Counted from the stretch's first letter, positions 40,179-50,352 are shown. The stretch: DNA of 64,000 nucleotides from Bacteroidota bacterium (GCA_039796475.1 JBDKJT010000058.1:3303-67302); one strand, 5' to 3'. Notes: generated by a model not told the origin, from the letters alone. Program-made: numbers and translations.

Positions 40179-41519
40179 GTGCAAAAACGCATGGTTATAT
40201 TGGGTGCTGGCGAAAGCGGCGTAGGTGCGGCCATACTGGCTAAGCAAAAGGGCTATGATGTTTTTGTAAGCGATGGCTCAGCTATTAAGCCGCAGTTTAA
40301 ACAAGAACTGTTGCAGTATGCCATTGATTTTGAAGAAAACGGGCATACTACCGAAAAGCTGTTAAATGCAACGGAGGTAATGAAAAGCCCGGGCATACCA
40401 GAAAAAAACGAACTGGTAAAAAAAATTAGGGCCAAGGGTATACCCGTAATCAGTGAGATAGAACTGGCTTACCGGTATAAAGGCAATAGCAAAATTATTG
40501 CTGTTACCGGTACCAATGGCAAAACCACTACCACGGCCCTTACTTATCATATCTGCAAAACTGGTGGGGCAGATTGTGCAGTGGTAGGCAACATTGGCGA
40601 TTCGTTTGCAAAGCAGGTAGCTGTAGATCCTAAAGAGTTATATGTGGTAGAAGTAAGCTCTTTTCAGCTGGATGATATCAGGGAGTTTAGGCCAGATGTT
40701 GCAGTGCTAACAAATATTACCGAAGATCACCTGGACAGGTACGAATATAAAATGGACAACTACATCAACAGCAAATTCAGGATTGCTTTAAACCAGCAAC
40801 CTGGCGATGTGTTCATTTATTGCAGCGACGATCAAATTATAAATACGTATATCAATAGTCATCCCATTAAATCAACATTATACCCAATTAGCATGAAAAA
40901 AGAACTGCCACAAGGTGCCTACATCAGCAACGCCGCCATGCACTTAAAATGGAAAGGAGAAGAAATGCAGATGAGCATCCAGGATTTTGCACTTAAAGGA
41001 AAACATAACCAGTACAACAGTATGGCAGCAAGCATGGCATCGGTAGCAGTGGATATTAAAAAAGAGCATGTGAGAGAGTCATTACAAACTTTTCAAAGCC
41101 TGGAGCACAGGATGGAGCCCGTAGCTACTATTAAAGGAGTAGAGTTTATTAACGATAGTAAGGCCACCAATGTTAACAGCACTTGGTTTGCTCTGGAAAG
41201 TATGACAAAGCCTACCATTTTAATATTGGGTGGGGTTGATAAGGGAAACGACTATTCTGTATTAATGGATTTGGTAAAAGAAAATGTAAAAGCCATTGTG
41301 TGTATGGGTACCGATAATCGCAAAATACACGAAGCCTTTGGGGCAGTGGTATCGCTGATGGTAAATACCAGTACTGCAGCCGAAGCTGTACAAGCAGCTT
41401 TTCATTTTGCCAATAAGGGAGATGTGGTATTGCTAAGCCCGGCTTGCGCAAGCTTTGATTTGTTTAAAAATTACGAAGACAGGGGCAACCAGTTTAAACA
41501 GGCAGTAAAAAATCTTTGA
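40179..41519 (+). CDS. murD: UDP-N-acetylmuramoylalanine--D-glutamate ligase
   Basis: MVILGAGESGVGAAILAKQKGYDVFVSD...IAVTGTNGKTTT.... The start is GTG 40179 or ATG 40191. Confidence 0.93.
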   Translation: MQKRMVILGAGESGVGAAILAKQKGYDVFVSDGSAIKPQFKQELLQYAIDFEENGHTTEKLLNATEVMKSPGIPEKNELVKKIRAKGIPVISEIELAYRYKGNSKIIAVTGTNGKTTTTALTYHICKTGGADCAVVGNIGDSFAKQVAVDPKELYVVEVSSFQLDDIREFRPDVAVLTNITEDHLDRYEYKMDNYINSKFRIALNQQPGDVFIYCSDDQIINTYINSHPIKSTLYPISMKKELPQGAYISNAAMHLKWKGEEMQMSIQDFALKGKHNQYNSMAASMASVAVDIKKEHVRESLQTFQSLEHRMEPVATIKGVEFINDSKATNVNSTWFALESMTKPTILILGGVDKGNDYSVLMDLVKENVKAIVCMGTDNRKIHEAFGAVVSLMVNTSTAAEAVQAAFHFANKGDVVLLSPACASFDLFKNYEDRGNQFKQAVKNL

Positions 41520-41574
41520 TAAAATCAATGGCAGGCAGTTTTAATAAACTGCTTTAGCCATTACAACAGCATGC

Positions 41575-42840
41575 ATGAATTTTAAAGACATTATACCCAA
41601 TTACCCCGATCAATTTAAAATAATTGATGGACAAGCGCTGGTTAGCAAAACCAGGGGCGATCGTGTTATATGGGCTATCGTGGTAATATTAACGCTAATG
41701 AGCTTGCTGGTTGTATACAGCAGCACAGGCTCATTGGCATATAAATACAGCAAGAGTACAGAAAGCTTTTTATTTAAGCAGTTTGCATTTATCATACTCG
41801 GTGTATTGGTAATTTATTTTGCACATAGGGTAAATTATATTGTTTACTCCCGTATAGCCACCATACTTTTTTTGGTATCTATTCCTTTGTTGTTGTACAC
41901 ATTGTTTTTTGGGGTGCAGTTAAATTCTGGCAGCCGCTGGATAAAGCTGCCGGTAATTAACATGACGTTTCAAACATCCGACCTTGCAAAGCTTGCATTA
42001 TTTATGTATCTCAGCAGGCAGCTGAGCCGTAAGCAAAACGTAATCAAAGATTTTCACAAGGGCTTTTTGCCAGTAATTATACCCGTAGGCATTATTTGTA
42101 TACTCATTGCGCCAGCCAATCTTTCTACCGCCATACTTATTGCAGGTACAAGTCTTTTGTTAATGTTTATCGGAAGGGTAAATACAAAGCATATTTTAGC
42201 TACTATTGGTATAGCTATCATACCGGTTATTTTACTCCTTGGCGTGGCCATTAAATATTACGATAAGCAAGAGCATAAAGCAAAAGAACTGCCGGCCATT
42301 TTAGCTGCCGGCCGTGTGCCTACCTGGATTGGCAGGATACAAACTTTTATCTACAGCAATAAAGAAGATCAGAATGAAAAACTCTACCAAATAAACCAGG
42401 CTAAAATAGCCATTGCAAAAGGTGGATGGTTGGGTAAAGGCCCGGGTAATAGTGAGCAGCGTAATTTTTTGCCACACTCTTACAGCGATTTTATTTATGC
42501 AATTATTTTAGAAGAGTATGGATTGATAGGCGGGGCTTTTATACTTTTTATTTACCTGCTTTTTTTATACCGCTGTATCAGGGTATATCAAAAATGCCCT
42601 TTTGCATTTGGCGCTTTTTTAGCATTGGCGTTAAGTTTTACATTGGTAATACAAGCCATCACCAATATGAGTGTTAATGTAAACTTGTTTCCCAATACCG
42701 GTGTTACGTTGCCGCTGGTAAGTATGGGTGGCAGCAGTTTTTTGTTTACCTGTTTATCGGTGGGTATTATATTAAGTGTTTCCCGAAATGTAGAGCAGCT
42801 GGAAGGGGCCAGCTCTAAAGCAGTTGCAGAACCTGCATAA
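41575..42840 (+). CDS. ftsW: FtsW/RodA/SpoVE family peptidoglycan glycosyltransferase
   Basis: 421 aa and polytopic, with ...GSRWIKLP...FQTSDLAKLAL...SDFIYAIILEEYGLIGG...LPLVSMGGSS motifs. It sits in the dcw position between murD and murG. Confidence 0.9.
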   Translation: MNFKDIIPNYPDQFKIIDGQALVSKTRGDRVIWAIVVILTLMSLLVVYSSTGSLAYKYSKSTESFLFKQFAFIILGVLVIYFAHRVNYIVYSRIATILFLVSIPLLLYTLFFGVQLNSGSRWIKLPVINMTFQTSDLAKLALFMYLSRQLSRKQNVIKDFHKGFLPVIIPVGIICILIAPANLSTAILIAGTSLLLMFIGRVNTKHILATIGIAIIPVILLLGVAIKYYDKQEHKAKELPAILAAGRVPTWIGRIQTFIYSNKEDQNEKLYQINQAKIAIAKGGWLGKGPGNSEQRNFLPHSYSDFIYAIILEEYGLIGGAFILFIYLLFLYRCIRVYQKCPFAFGAFLALALSFTLVIQAITNMSVNVNLFPNTGVTLPLVSMGGSSFLFTCLSVGIILSVSRNVEQLEGASSKAVAEPA

Positions 42841-42866
42841 AAAAAATAAAAATTTTATTAGATAGA

Positions 42867-44012
42867 TTGAGTACAAACACCAGCATACAAAATATTACTA
42901 GCACCACTGGCAAAGCAAGGGGTGGCCGCTATATTATGGCAGGTGGTGGTACAGGTGGCCATATTTTTCCGGCGGTAGCCATAGCCAATGCCATCAAAAA
43001 AATTGATCCTGCTGCACAAATACTTTTTATTGGTGCCAAAGGAAAAATGGAAATGGAAAAAGTGCCACAAGCAGGTTACAAAATTGAAGGGCTGGATATA
43101 GCAGGGCTTAACCGTAGCTCACTCATCAAAAATATTGGCTTGCCTTACAAACTGCTTAAAAGCTTTTTGCAGGTAAAAAAAATATTTAAACAGTTTAAGC
43201 CAGATGCGGCAATTGGCGTGGGTGGTTATTCAAGTTTCCCTGTATTAAGGTTTGCACAATCGCAGGGTATAAAAACCTTTATACACGAAAGCAATTCTTT
43301 TGCTGGCAAAAGCAACATTTTGTTAGGCAAAAAAGCTACTAAAATATTTGTAGCCATAGATGGTATGGAGCAGTTTTTTCCGGCCGAAAAAATTATTGTA
43401 AGTGGCAACCCGGTACGGGCAAGTATCACCGCATACGCCGGCAGCAAGCAGGAGGCCGTAGCTTTTTTTGGGCTGGATGCACAAAAAAAAATAGTGCTGT
43501 CAGTAGGTGGCAGCCTGGGCGCAAAAGGCATTAACGAAGCATTGGATGCACAGTTGGATGCATTTGATGCAAACAATCTGCAGTTGATATGGCAAACAGG
43601 TAAGCCCTACGCAGCACGTGCCAGGGAGGCTGCCGCTGGTAAAAAAAATATTTGGGTTAACGACTTTATCACACAGATGGAGTATGCCTATGCCGCTGCA
43701 GATGTTGTTATCAGCCGTAGCGGCGCTATGAGTGTAAGCGAATTGTGTGTAATAAAAAAACCGGTGGTGTTTGTGCCTTTTCCGCATGCAGCCGAAGATC
43801 ATCAAAGCGTAAATGCACAAAAGCTGGCAGATAAAAATGCAGCCCTGGTAGTAAAAGATAGTGAGGCAAAACAACAACTGGTAAACACAGTGCTGGCGCT
43901 GGCAGCCGACCAGGCAAAACAAAACGAATTAAAAAACAATATAGCTCCGCTGGCAATAACCAATGCGGATGAAGTAGTGGCTAAAGAAATTGTAAAAAGC
44001 ATCTCGTTGTAA
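42867..44012 (+). CDS. murG: undecaprenyldiphospho-muramoylpentapeptide beta-N-acetylglucosaminyltransferase
   Basis: IMAGGGTGGHIFPAVAIANA...ISRSGAMSVSEL...PFPHAAEDHQ..NA. The track start is a TTG, so the exact start is uncertain. Confidence 0.92.
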   Translation: MSTNTSIQNITSTTGKARGGRYIMAGGGTGGHIFPAVAIANAIKKIDPAAQILFIGAKGKMEMEKVPQAGYKIEGLDIAGLNRSSLIKNIGLPYKLLKSFLQVKKIFKQFKPDAAIGVGGYSSFPVLRFAQSQGIKTFIHESNSFAGKSNILLGKKATKIFVAIDGMEQFFPAEKIIVSGNPVRASITAYAGSKQEAVAFFGLDAQKKIVLSVGGSLGAKGINEALDAQLDAFDANNLQLIWQTGKPYAARAREAAAGKKNIWVNDFITQMEYAYAAADVVISRSGAMSVSELCVIKKPVVFVPFPHAAEDHQSVNAQKLADKNAALVVKDSEAKQQLVNTVLALAADQAKQNELKNNIAPLAITNADEVVAKEIVKSISL

Positions 44013-44015
44013 ACG

Positions 44016-45422
44016 ATGAAAAGTGTTAACGAAATAGTAGCGTCTTTACAGGCATCGGCCCGGCAGGCCCAGCATCCCGGTAGTGTATACTTTTTGGGTA
44101 TCGGTGGTATTGGTATGAGTGCACTGGCAAGATACTTTCATTCCATTGGTGTACAGGTAAGTGGTTACGATAAAACAGCAACAACACTAAGCCGGCAGCT
44201 AATGCAGGAGGGTATTGAAATACATTACGAAGATAATTTGCAGCTGCTGGATAAGCAGGCACAGTTGGTGGTATTTACTCCTGCCATTCCTGCAGCACAT
44301 GCAGAGCTTAATTATTACCTGCAAAATAATTATCCCGTAGTAAAGCGTAGTGATGTGCTGGGTGCTATCACCAGCAATGGTTTTAGCATAGCAGTGGCAG
44401 GTACGCATGGCAAAACCACTACCAGCAGTATGATAGCTCATATACTGCGGCATAGTGAGTATGGTTGCAATGCTTTTTTAGGCGGTATCGCTGTTAATTA
44501 CAACACCAATTTTTGGAGTAGCAGTAACGATGTAAGTGTGGCAGAGGCAGATGAGTACGATCGCAGTTTTTTAAAGCTCAATCCAGATATAGCCATTATC
44601 AGTTCAATGGATGCCGACCACCTGGATATATATGGTACTCCCGAAAATATGGAGCAGGCTTTTATCGACTTTGCAGCTCGTATAAAACCCGGTGGATTAC
44701 TCATAAGCAGGTATGGCTTAAAAAGGGCTGCCGATTTAATTGCGCCAACGCATCTTACTTATGATGTAGAAAATGCTGCTGCAGATATCAGCGCTTTAAA
44801 TATACAAGTACAAAACGGCAGCTATTGTTTTGATGTAAAAGTGCAGCAGCAAATAATACAAAATGTGCTGCTAAATATGGGTGGCCGTCATAATATAGAA
44901 AATGCAACTGCAGCCATTGCTGTAGCAGTAACATTGGGTATTGATGCAGCCAAGATAAAAGCTGCTGTACAAAGTTTTAGCGGGGTAAAGCGAAGGTTTG
45001 AATATATTATTAAATCAGATGAGCAGGTATTTGTAGACGACTATGCCCATCACCCCGAAGAGCTGAGGGCTTTAATAACAGGTGCCAAAGGTTTGTATCC
45101 ATCCAAAAAATGTACAGTTATTTTTCAGCCGCATTTATTCAGCCGAACAAAAGATCATGCAGATGGCTTTGCACAAGTGTTGGATATGGCAGATGAGGTA
45201 GTGCTGTTGCCCATTTACCCGGCAAGAGAATTACCCATGCCCGGTGTAAGCAGCCAGCTTATTGCCAGCAGGATGGCAAATAAAAATGTACAGATCATGC
45301 CTAAAGAAGCATTGCCAGGCTATGTTAAAAATCACCAGCCCCAGTTATTAATAACAGCCGGTGCAGGAGATATTGATACCATGCTGGAGGCGATAAAAAA
45401 TAGTATAAGTACACAGCAATAA
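44016..45422 (+). CDS. murC: UDP-N-acetylmuramate--L-alanine ligase
   Basis: VYFLGIGGIGMSALARYF...IAVAGTHGKTTTSSMIAHIL...DDYAHHPEE. Confidence 0.94.
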   Translation: MKSVNEIVASLQASARQAQHPGSVYFLGIGGIGMSALARYFHSIGVQVSGYDKTATTLSRQLMQEGIEIHYEDNLQLLDKQAQLVVFTPAIPAAHAELNYYLQNNYPVVKRSDVLGAITSNGFSIAVAGTHGKTTTSSMIAHILRHSEYGCNAFLGGIAVNYNTNFWSSSNDVSVAEADEYDRSFLKLNPDIAIISSMDADHLDIYGTPENMEQAFIDFAARIKPGGLLISRYGLKRAADLIAPTHLTYDVENAAADISALNIQVQNGSYCFDVKVQQQIIQNVLLNMGGRHNIENATAAIAVAVTLGIDAAKIKAAVQSFSGVKRRFEYIIKSDEQVFVDDYAHHPEELRALITGAKGLYPSKKCTVIFQPHLFSRTKDHADGFAQVLDMADEVVLLPIYPARELPMPGVSSQLIASRMANKNVQIMPKEALPGYVKNHQPQLLITAGAGDIDTMLEAIKNSISTQQ

Positions 45423-45460
45423 ACTAAATAAAAAGTAACCGGTAAACAGGTAATATAAAA

Positions 45461-46660
45461 ATGGCAAGTAAAATAAAAATAGTACGCATACTGCTTACCA
45501 CTTTGTGGGTAAGCGTGGGCATTACTGTAATTGGCTTGCTGGTAGCTGCTGTAAAAAAAGAGGAAGCACAAAAATGCACCGGTTTAAATGTGCAGATAAA
45601 AGGGGTAAGCAATAATTTTTTTGTTGATAAGCAAGATATCATGCAGGCCATCAATTTATACATTGATGGTACACCGGTGGGGCAGCCTGTAAGCCTGCTC
45701 AATTTGCGGTCGCTGGAAGCAGATGTAGAAAAAAACATCTGGGTAAAAAGCGCACAAATGTTTTTTGATAACAATGCCATATTACAAGTGGTAGTAACAG
45801 AACGGGAGCCGGTAGCAAGGATATTTACCAGCAGCGGTACTACATTTTATATCGATAGCAGCTTGGCAATGTTGCCGCTGAGTGATAAGTTTTCAGCACG
45901 CCTGCCCGTATTTACCAACTTTCCATCTGATAAAGCAGTGCTCACAAAAGCAGACAGCCTGCTACTAAAAGAAGTGTATGAGGTAAGCATGGAGATACAA
46001 AAAAATCCTTTTAGAATGGCATTGATAGAGCAAGTGAATATTACTGCACAGCGCCAGTTTGAAATGGTGCCTAAAATTGGTAATAACCTGCTGATGCTGG
46101 GCGATGGAAAAAATGCAGCAGAAAAATTTGAAAAGCTGGAGTTGTTTTATAAAAAAGTAATGCCGCAAGCTGGTTGGAATAAATATAGCCTGGTAGATGT
46201 GCAATATGCCGGGCAGGTAGTAGCAAGGCGCAAAGATGCGGCCGATATTGCCACCGACTCGTTGCGTACCCTGCAGTTAATGCAAACCATTGCCAGCAAT
46301 GCGGCATTAATGGCCAGCGATTCGTTGCAACGCATGATACAGGATAATGAGCAAAACAGTACCGATGTCAGCATTATTCAGCAGTCTATACAAAGAGATG
46401 ATGAAGTGCCCGATGCTGCACCGCCTGCATTTAATCTTGCACCCGGTGCTGCAGCCCTGCCAAAAGCACAGCCGCTTAATAATACAACACCGGTTATAAA
46501 AACAAATGAGGGGGTGGCCAATATGCCAGCGGCTGCTGCAAAGCCTGCGGTAACTAAACCAACAGTACGTAAGCCTGCACCAACTAATAAGCCAGTTGCA
46601 AAGCCGGTGCCGGCAAAACCAACACCCAAAGCGGTAATGCCGCCCAAAAACGAATATTAA
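45461..46660 (+). CDS. ftsQ: cell division protein FtsQ with Pro/Ala/Lys-rich C-terminal tail
   Basis: An N-terminal TM anchor is followed by a POTRA-like region. The slot between murC and ftsA fits FtsQ. The last ~100 aa are low complexity (AAKPAVTKPTVRKPAPTNKPVAKPVPAKPTPKA). Confidence 0.8.
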   Translation: MASKIKIVRILLTTLWVSVGITVIGLLVAAVKKEEAQKCTGLNVQIKGVSNNFFVDKQDIMQAINLYIDGTPVGQPVSLLNLRSLEADVEKNIWVKSAQMFFDNNAILQVVVTEREPVARIFTSSGTTFYIDSSLAMLPLSDKFSARLPVFTNFPSDKAVLTKADSLLLKEVYEVSMEIQKNPFRMALIEQVNITAQRQFEMVPKIGNNLLMLGDGKNAAEKFEKLELFYKKVMPQAGWNKYSLVDVQYAGQVVARRKDAADIATDSLRTLQLMQTIASNAALMASDSLQRMIQDNEQNSTDVSIIQQSIQRDDEVPDAAPPAFNLAPGAAALPKAQPLNNTTPVIKTNEGVANMPAAAAKPAVTKPTVRKPAPTNKPVAKPVPAKPTPKAVMPPKNEY

Positions 46661-46696
46661 AAATATAAACAAGTATACCAGGTATTAAAAATAATA

Positions 46697-46743
46697 ACAC
46701 ACACAACAGAACAATAACACACACAAACACACACACACACAAC
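46697..46743 (+). repeat. CA-rich simple-sequence tract, including (AC)7, immediately 5' of the ftsA start
   Basis: ACACACACAACAGAACAATAACACACACAAACACACACACACACAAC ends 2 nt before ATG 46745. The coding strand here carries only one G and one T in 47 nt. Confidence 0.9.
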
Positions 46744-46744
46744 T

Positions 46745-48169
46745 ATGACTAACGAACAAACAACAATTGAAAACGGAATGCTTAACAGTAACCCCGTTAT
46801 CGTAGGGCTTGATATTGGTACCACCAAAATAGCAGCCATTGCCGGTCGTAAAAACGAGTATGGCAAGCTGGAGATATTGGGCTTTGGGCGTGCCAATAGC
46901 AATGGGGTACAGCATGGGATGGTTTTAAACATCGATCAAACCATCAAAGCCATTCAAACCGCATTAGAAAACTGTTATGCATCCAATCCTAACCTCGTAT
47001 TAAGCGAAGTGTACGTTGGTATTGCAGGGCAGCACATCAAAAGTTTGCAAACAAGGGGTGATATCGTTCGGCAGGATACAGAGGAAGAAATCAGCCAGGA
47101 AGAAATAGACAGGCTGATAGCCGACCAATACCGCACTTATATCCCGGCCGGCGATCAAATCATTGATGTAATTCCACAGGAGTTTACGGTAGATAATTTT
47201 CAAAACATACCCAACCCTATTGGATACAGCGGCGTAAAAGTGGGGGCAAATTTTCACATCATCACCGGCGATAAAAATGCCATTCGTAACATCAACCGCA
47301 GTGTAGAAAAATCTGGCTTACTTACAAAAGATCTTGTGTTGCAACCGCTGGCATCAGCCGCCGCTGTAATGTGCGATCAAGACCTTGAAGCCGGGGTAGC
47401 CATTGTAGATATTGGTGGTGGTACTACCGATTTAGCGGTATTTTATGAGGGTATTTTAAAGCACACTGCTGTTATACCTTTTGGTGGCGAAAATATTACC
47501 AATGATATTAAAAACGGGTTAGGTGTTTTAAAAACACAAGCCGAGCAAATGAAAGTGCAGTTTGGCAGTGCACTGGCAGATGAAGCTAAAGCCAATGCAT
47601 TTATAACCATCCCGGGTTTACGTGGTATGCCACCCAAAGAAATTAGTGTAAAAAACCTGGCAGGCATTATACAAGCAAGGATGAGTGAAATTATGGATTT
47701 TGTAACCTATCACTTAAAGCAGGTAGGGCTTGATACCCGTTTGCTAAATGGTGGTGTTATTTTAACCGGTGGAGGATCTCAATTAAAGCACCTGATACAG
47801 TTAACAGAATATGTTACTGGCTTAAATGCCCGGATTGGTTATCCTAACGAACACTTGGCAGGTGGCCATATTGATGAGCTTACCAAACCAATGTACAGCA
47901 CTTGTATCGGATTAATATTAAAAGGCTACAACGATTACGAAAACAAAAACAAGCAGTTTGAAGAAAACTTCCGTAAAGTAAATGTGCCGGCCGGCTTACA
48001 GCAACCAGTAGCCGAAGAAGAAGAGGATACAGAGCTGCAAACAATAGACAGCGCAGCAGTACAAGTTTTGTCAAAAGCAAAAGAACGTAAATCACTAAAA
48101 ACATTTATGGATTCTTTTAAAAATGGATTGATTGACCTCTTTAAAGAAGAGGGCGATTCACATCTGTAA
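46745..48169 (+). CDS. ftsA: cell division protein FtsA
   Basis: VGLDIGTTKIAAIAG...DIGGGTTDLAVF...LTGGGSQLKHL are actin-fold ATPase motifs typical of FtsA. Confidence 0.94.
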   Translation: MTNEQTTIENGMLNSNPVIVGLDIGTTKIAAIAGRKNEYGKLEILGFGRANSNGVQHGMVLNIDQTIKAIQTALENCYASNPNLVLSEVYVGIAGQHIKSLQTRGDIVRQDTEEEISQEEIDRLIADQYRTYIPAGDQIIDVIPQEFTVDNFQNIPNPIGYSGVKVGANFHIITGDKNAIRNINRSVEKSGLLTKDLVLQPLASAAAVMCDQDLEAGVAIVDIGGGTTDLAVFYEGILKHTAVIPFGGENITNDIKNGLGVLKTQAEQMKVQFGSALADEAKANAFITIPGLRGMPPKEISVKNLAGIIQARMSEIMDFVTYHLKQVGLDTRLLNGGVILTGGGSQLKHLIQLTEYVTGLNARIGYPNEHLAGGHIDELTKPMYSTCIGLILKGYNDYENKNKQFEENFRKVNVPAGLQQPVAEEEEDTELQTIDSAAVQVLSKAKERKSLKTFMDSFKNGLIDLFKEEGDSHL

Positions 48170-48178
48170 CCAGCCATT

Positions 48179-48205
48179 TGCAGCAGGCGTTGCTGCAGCT
48201 TTTTG
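48179..48205 (+). terminator. hairpin plus T-rich run between ftsA and ftsZ (terminator/attenuator)
   Basis: TGCAGCA-ggcgt-TGCTGCA is followed by GCTTTTTGCTCTTTTT, starting 10 nt after the ftsA stop. Confidence 0.5.
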
Positions 48206-48343
48206 CTCTTTTTATACTAACCATTATTTTAAATAAACCTTTCTTTATTCGTTTTCACAGGATGCGTAAAGTAACAGGCTTATAAAACAAAGGCTTTGTA
48301 CCGCTTGGTTTACAACCGATACACAGCCGCTAATTTTATAATT

Positions 48344-50251
48344 ATGATACATTTTGATTTGCCAAAAGAACAGTCCTCCATCATCAAAGTAATTGGTGTG
48401 GGTGGCGGTGGCAGCAATGCTGTTAACCATATGTTTTCGCAAAATATCGAAGGTGTAAATTTTATTATTTGTAACACCGATGCACAGGCCATTGCACAAA
48501 GCAAAGTGCCTAATAAAATACAGCTGGGCCCACACTTAACGCAAGGGTTGGGTGCTGGCGCAAACCCCTCTATCGGTCGCCAGGCTACCGAAGAAAGTTT
48601 AGAAGAAATTAAACGAATACTGGAAGTAAATACCAAGATGGCCTTTATTACCGCAGGTATGGGCGGTGGCACCGGTACAGGAGGAGCCCCAATATTGGCC
48701 AAAGTATGTAAAGATTTAGGCATCCTCACGGTGGGCATTGTTACCACACCATTTGCCTACGAAGGAAAGAAAAGGCTGGCACAGGCCGAAGAAGGCATCA
48801 GCATGCTTAAAGATCATGTAGATACTTTGCTGGTAATAAGCAACGATAAATTGAGGCACCAGTTTGGCAACCTTAAATTAAAAGAGGCATTTGCCAAAGC
48901 AGATAATGTATTGGCAACAGCTGCCAAATGTATAACCGATGTAATTAACAGCACCGGCCAAATAAATGTAGACTTTGCCGATGTATGTACCGTAATGAAA
49001 AATGGCGGTGTGGCAATATTGGGCAGCGCAGCAGCCGAAGGTGAAAACAGGGCACAAAAAGCAATTGAAAATGCACTAAACTCTCCGTTGTTAAACGACA
49101 ATGATATCCGGGGTGCTAAGTGGATACTCATCAACATCAACTCATCCGAAGGCGACCACGAGTTTACCATGGATGAGGTAGAAGTAATACAAAGCTATTT
49201 GCTTAACCAGGCCGGCGAAGACAGCGATGTGATACTCGGTTTAGGATACGACAATACCTTAGGTGCTTCTTTGGGCATTACACTTATTGCTACGGGGTTT
49301 GAGCATAAAGATCCCTTTGTAAAAGCAAGCGAGCAAGCCCAGGAAGAAAAAAAAGAAGATAAAATTGTGATGACACTGGCTGCGCCAGTAAAGGAAGAAC
49401 CAAAAGTGCACCAGCCAACCCTGCAGTTTGAAGCAACGTTACCAACCACACCCGTGGCCGAAGAAAAAATAGTAACCCCTTTACATATACCTCCAGCACA
49501 AGATGAAGTGTCGGTACCTCCATCTGAAACAAAATCTGTAGAAATGAAAGCACTGATGCCGGAAAAGCCTGCAGCAACTTCTGCTGCGGCTGATCCGGTA
49601 TTTTTCGAAATCTCCTCTGCCACTGATCAAGCCCCTACAGTGGTATTTGATATACCAACCCCACCGGTGCCTCCTGTAAAAGAAACACCCGTGTTAAAAA
49701 ATACTACAACGGCTGCACCACAGCCCAAAGATGCTAGCAACCCATCTGTCTCGTCAACGGGTGGTTTTTTGTCCAAGCCTCAAAATATTTACGTAAATGA
49801 GGTAAGGCCAAAACCAGAATCCAATACTGCAGAAGAGCTAACCCCGCTGCAAACTAACTTACAGGCCGACGAACCTGTATTTGAAATGCAGATGGTGGTT
49901 AAAGAAACCCATCAGGCGGCGGAGGAAACACCCGCTGTTAACCAAACTCACCAGCCTCTGAAAATGTCCAAAGTTGAGGAGCCTGCTTTGCAGGACGAAG
50001 CGGAGGAATTACGGCGCCGGGCTACCGAACGGATCACCAAACTGCGTAATCTTTCTTTTAATATTAATGCAGCCGATCCCAACAATGAGTTTGAAACAGT
50101 GCCGGCTTACCTTCGCCGCAATATGGAATTGCACAATTCCATTGCAGATGTAGAAAGTTTTTATAGCCGCTATACCGTAAAAAGCGACGATAACAACCAG
50201 GCAGAAATCAGCACCATCAATACTTTTTTAGACGGTAAAAAACCCGATTAA
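48344..50251 (+). CDS. ftsZ: cell division protein FtsZ (long disordered linker)
   Basis: The start is moved to ATG 48344 (MIHFDLPKEQSSIIKVIGVGGGGSNAVNHM). The tubulin signature GGGTGTGGAP is present. A ~270-aa Pro/Glu/Ala/Thr-rich linker follows, then a conserved C-terminal peptide (FETVPAYLRRN) and an extra tail. Confidence 0.95.
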   Translation: MIHFDLPKEQSSIIKVIGVGGGGSNAVNHMFSQNIEGVNFIICNTDAQAIAQSKVPNKIQLGPHLTQGLGAGANPSIGRQATEESLEEIKRILEVNTKMAFITAGMGGGTGTGGAPILAKVCKDLGILTVGIVTTPFAYEGKKRLAQAEEGISMLKDHVDTLLVISNDKLRHQFGNLKLKEAFAKADNVLATAAKCITDVINSTGQINVDFADVCTVMKNGGVAILGSAAAEGENRAQKAIENALNSPLLNDNDIRGAKWILININSSEGDHEFTMDEVEVIQSYLLNQAGEDSDVILGLGYDNTLGASLGITLIATGFEHKDPFVKASEQAQEEKKEDKIVMTLAAPVKEEPKVHQPTLQFEATLPTTPVAEEKIVTPLHIPPAQDEVSVPPSETKSVEMKALMPEKPAATSAAADPVFFEISSATDQAPTVVFDIPTPPVPPVKETPVLKNTTTAAPQPKDASNPSVSSTGGFLSKPQNIYVNEVRPKPESNTAEELTPLQTNLQADEPVFEMQMVVKETHQAAEETPAVNQTHQPLKMSKVEEPALQDEAEELRRRATERITKLRNLSFNINAADPNNEFETVPAYLRRNMELHNSIADVESFYSRYTVKSDDNNQAEISTINTFLDGKKPD

Positions 50252-50320
50252 AATAATACCACAGCCGCAGTGTGTGCAGGCTGTGCAAGTATGTTTGTTT
50301 ATTACAAATAGTGTGTATGG

Positions 50321-50352
50321 CCCCCTGCGAAAGCAGGGGGTCAGTGTTTTTT
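50321..50352 (+). terminator. rho-independent terminator after ftsZ (end of dcw cluster)
   Basis: CCCCCTGC-GAAA-GCAGGGGG is an 8-bp GC stem with a GNRA loop, followed by TCAGTGTTTTTT. Confidence 0.85.

Noticed and set aside
45461-46660. The Pro/Ala/Lys-rich C-terminal tail of FtsQ as a possible separate gene or repeat element.
   Set aside because: It is in frame and continuous with the FtsQ body. It is low-complexity periplasmic linker-like sequence, and the antisense ORFs there are compositional artefacts.
48296-48343. N-terminal extensions in the ORF track: ftsZ 48296, DUF4105 59754, S8 protease 63690, guaB 61228, membrane protein 54131, gldN 6646, gldK 2811.
   Set aside because: In each case the extension lacks homology-like sequence or overlaps the neighbouring gene. 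An internal ATG then yields a canonical N-terminus or signal peptide, so the starts were trimmed.
33102-50251. The dcw cluster lacks murF and ddl.
   Set aside because: The order mraZ-rsmH-ftsL-ftsI-murE-mraY-murD-ftsW-murG-murC-ftsQ-ftsA-ftsZ without murF or ddl is the usual Bacteroidota arrangement. It is not a deletion or a novelty.
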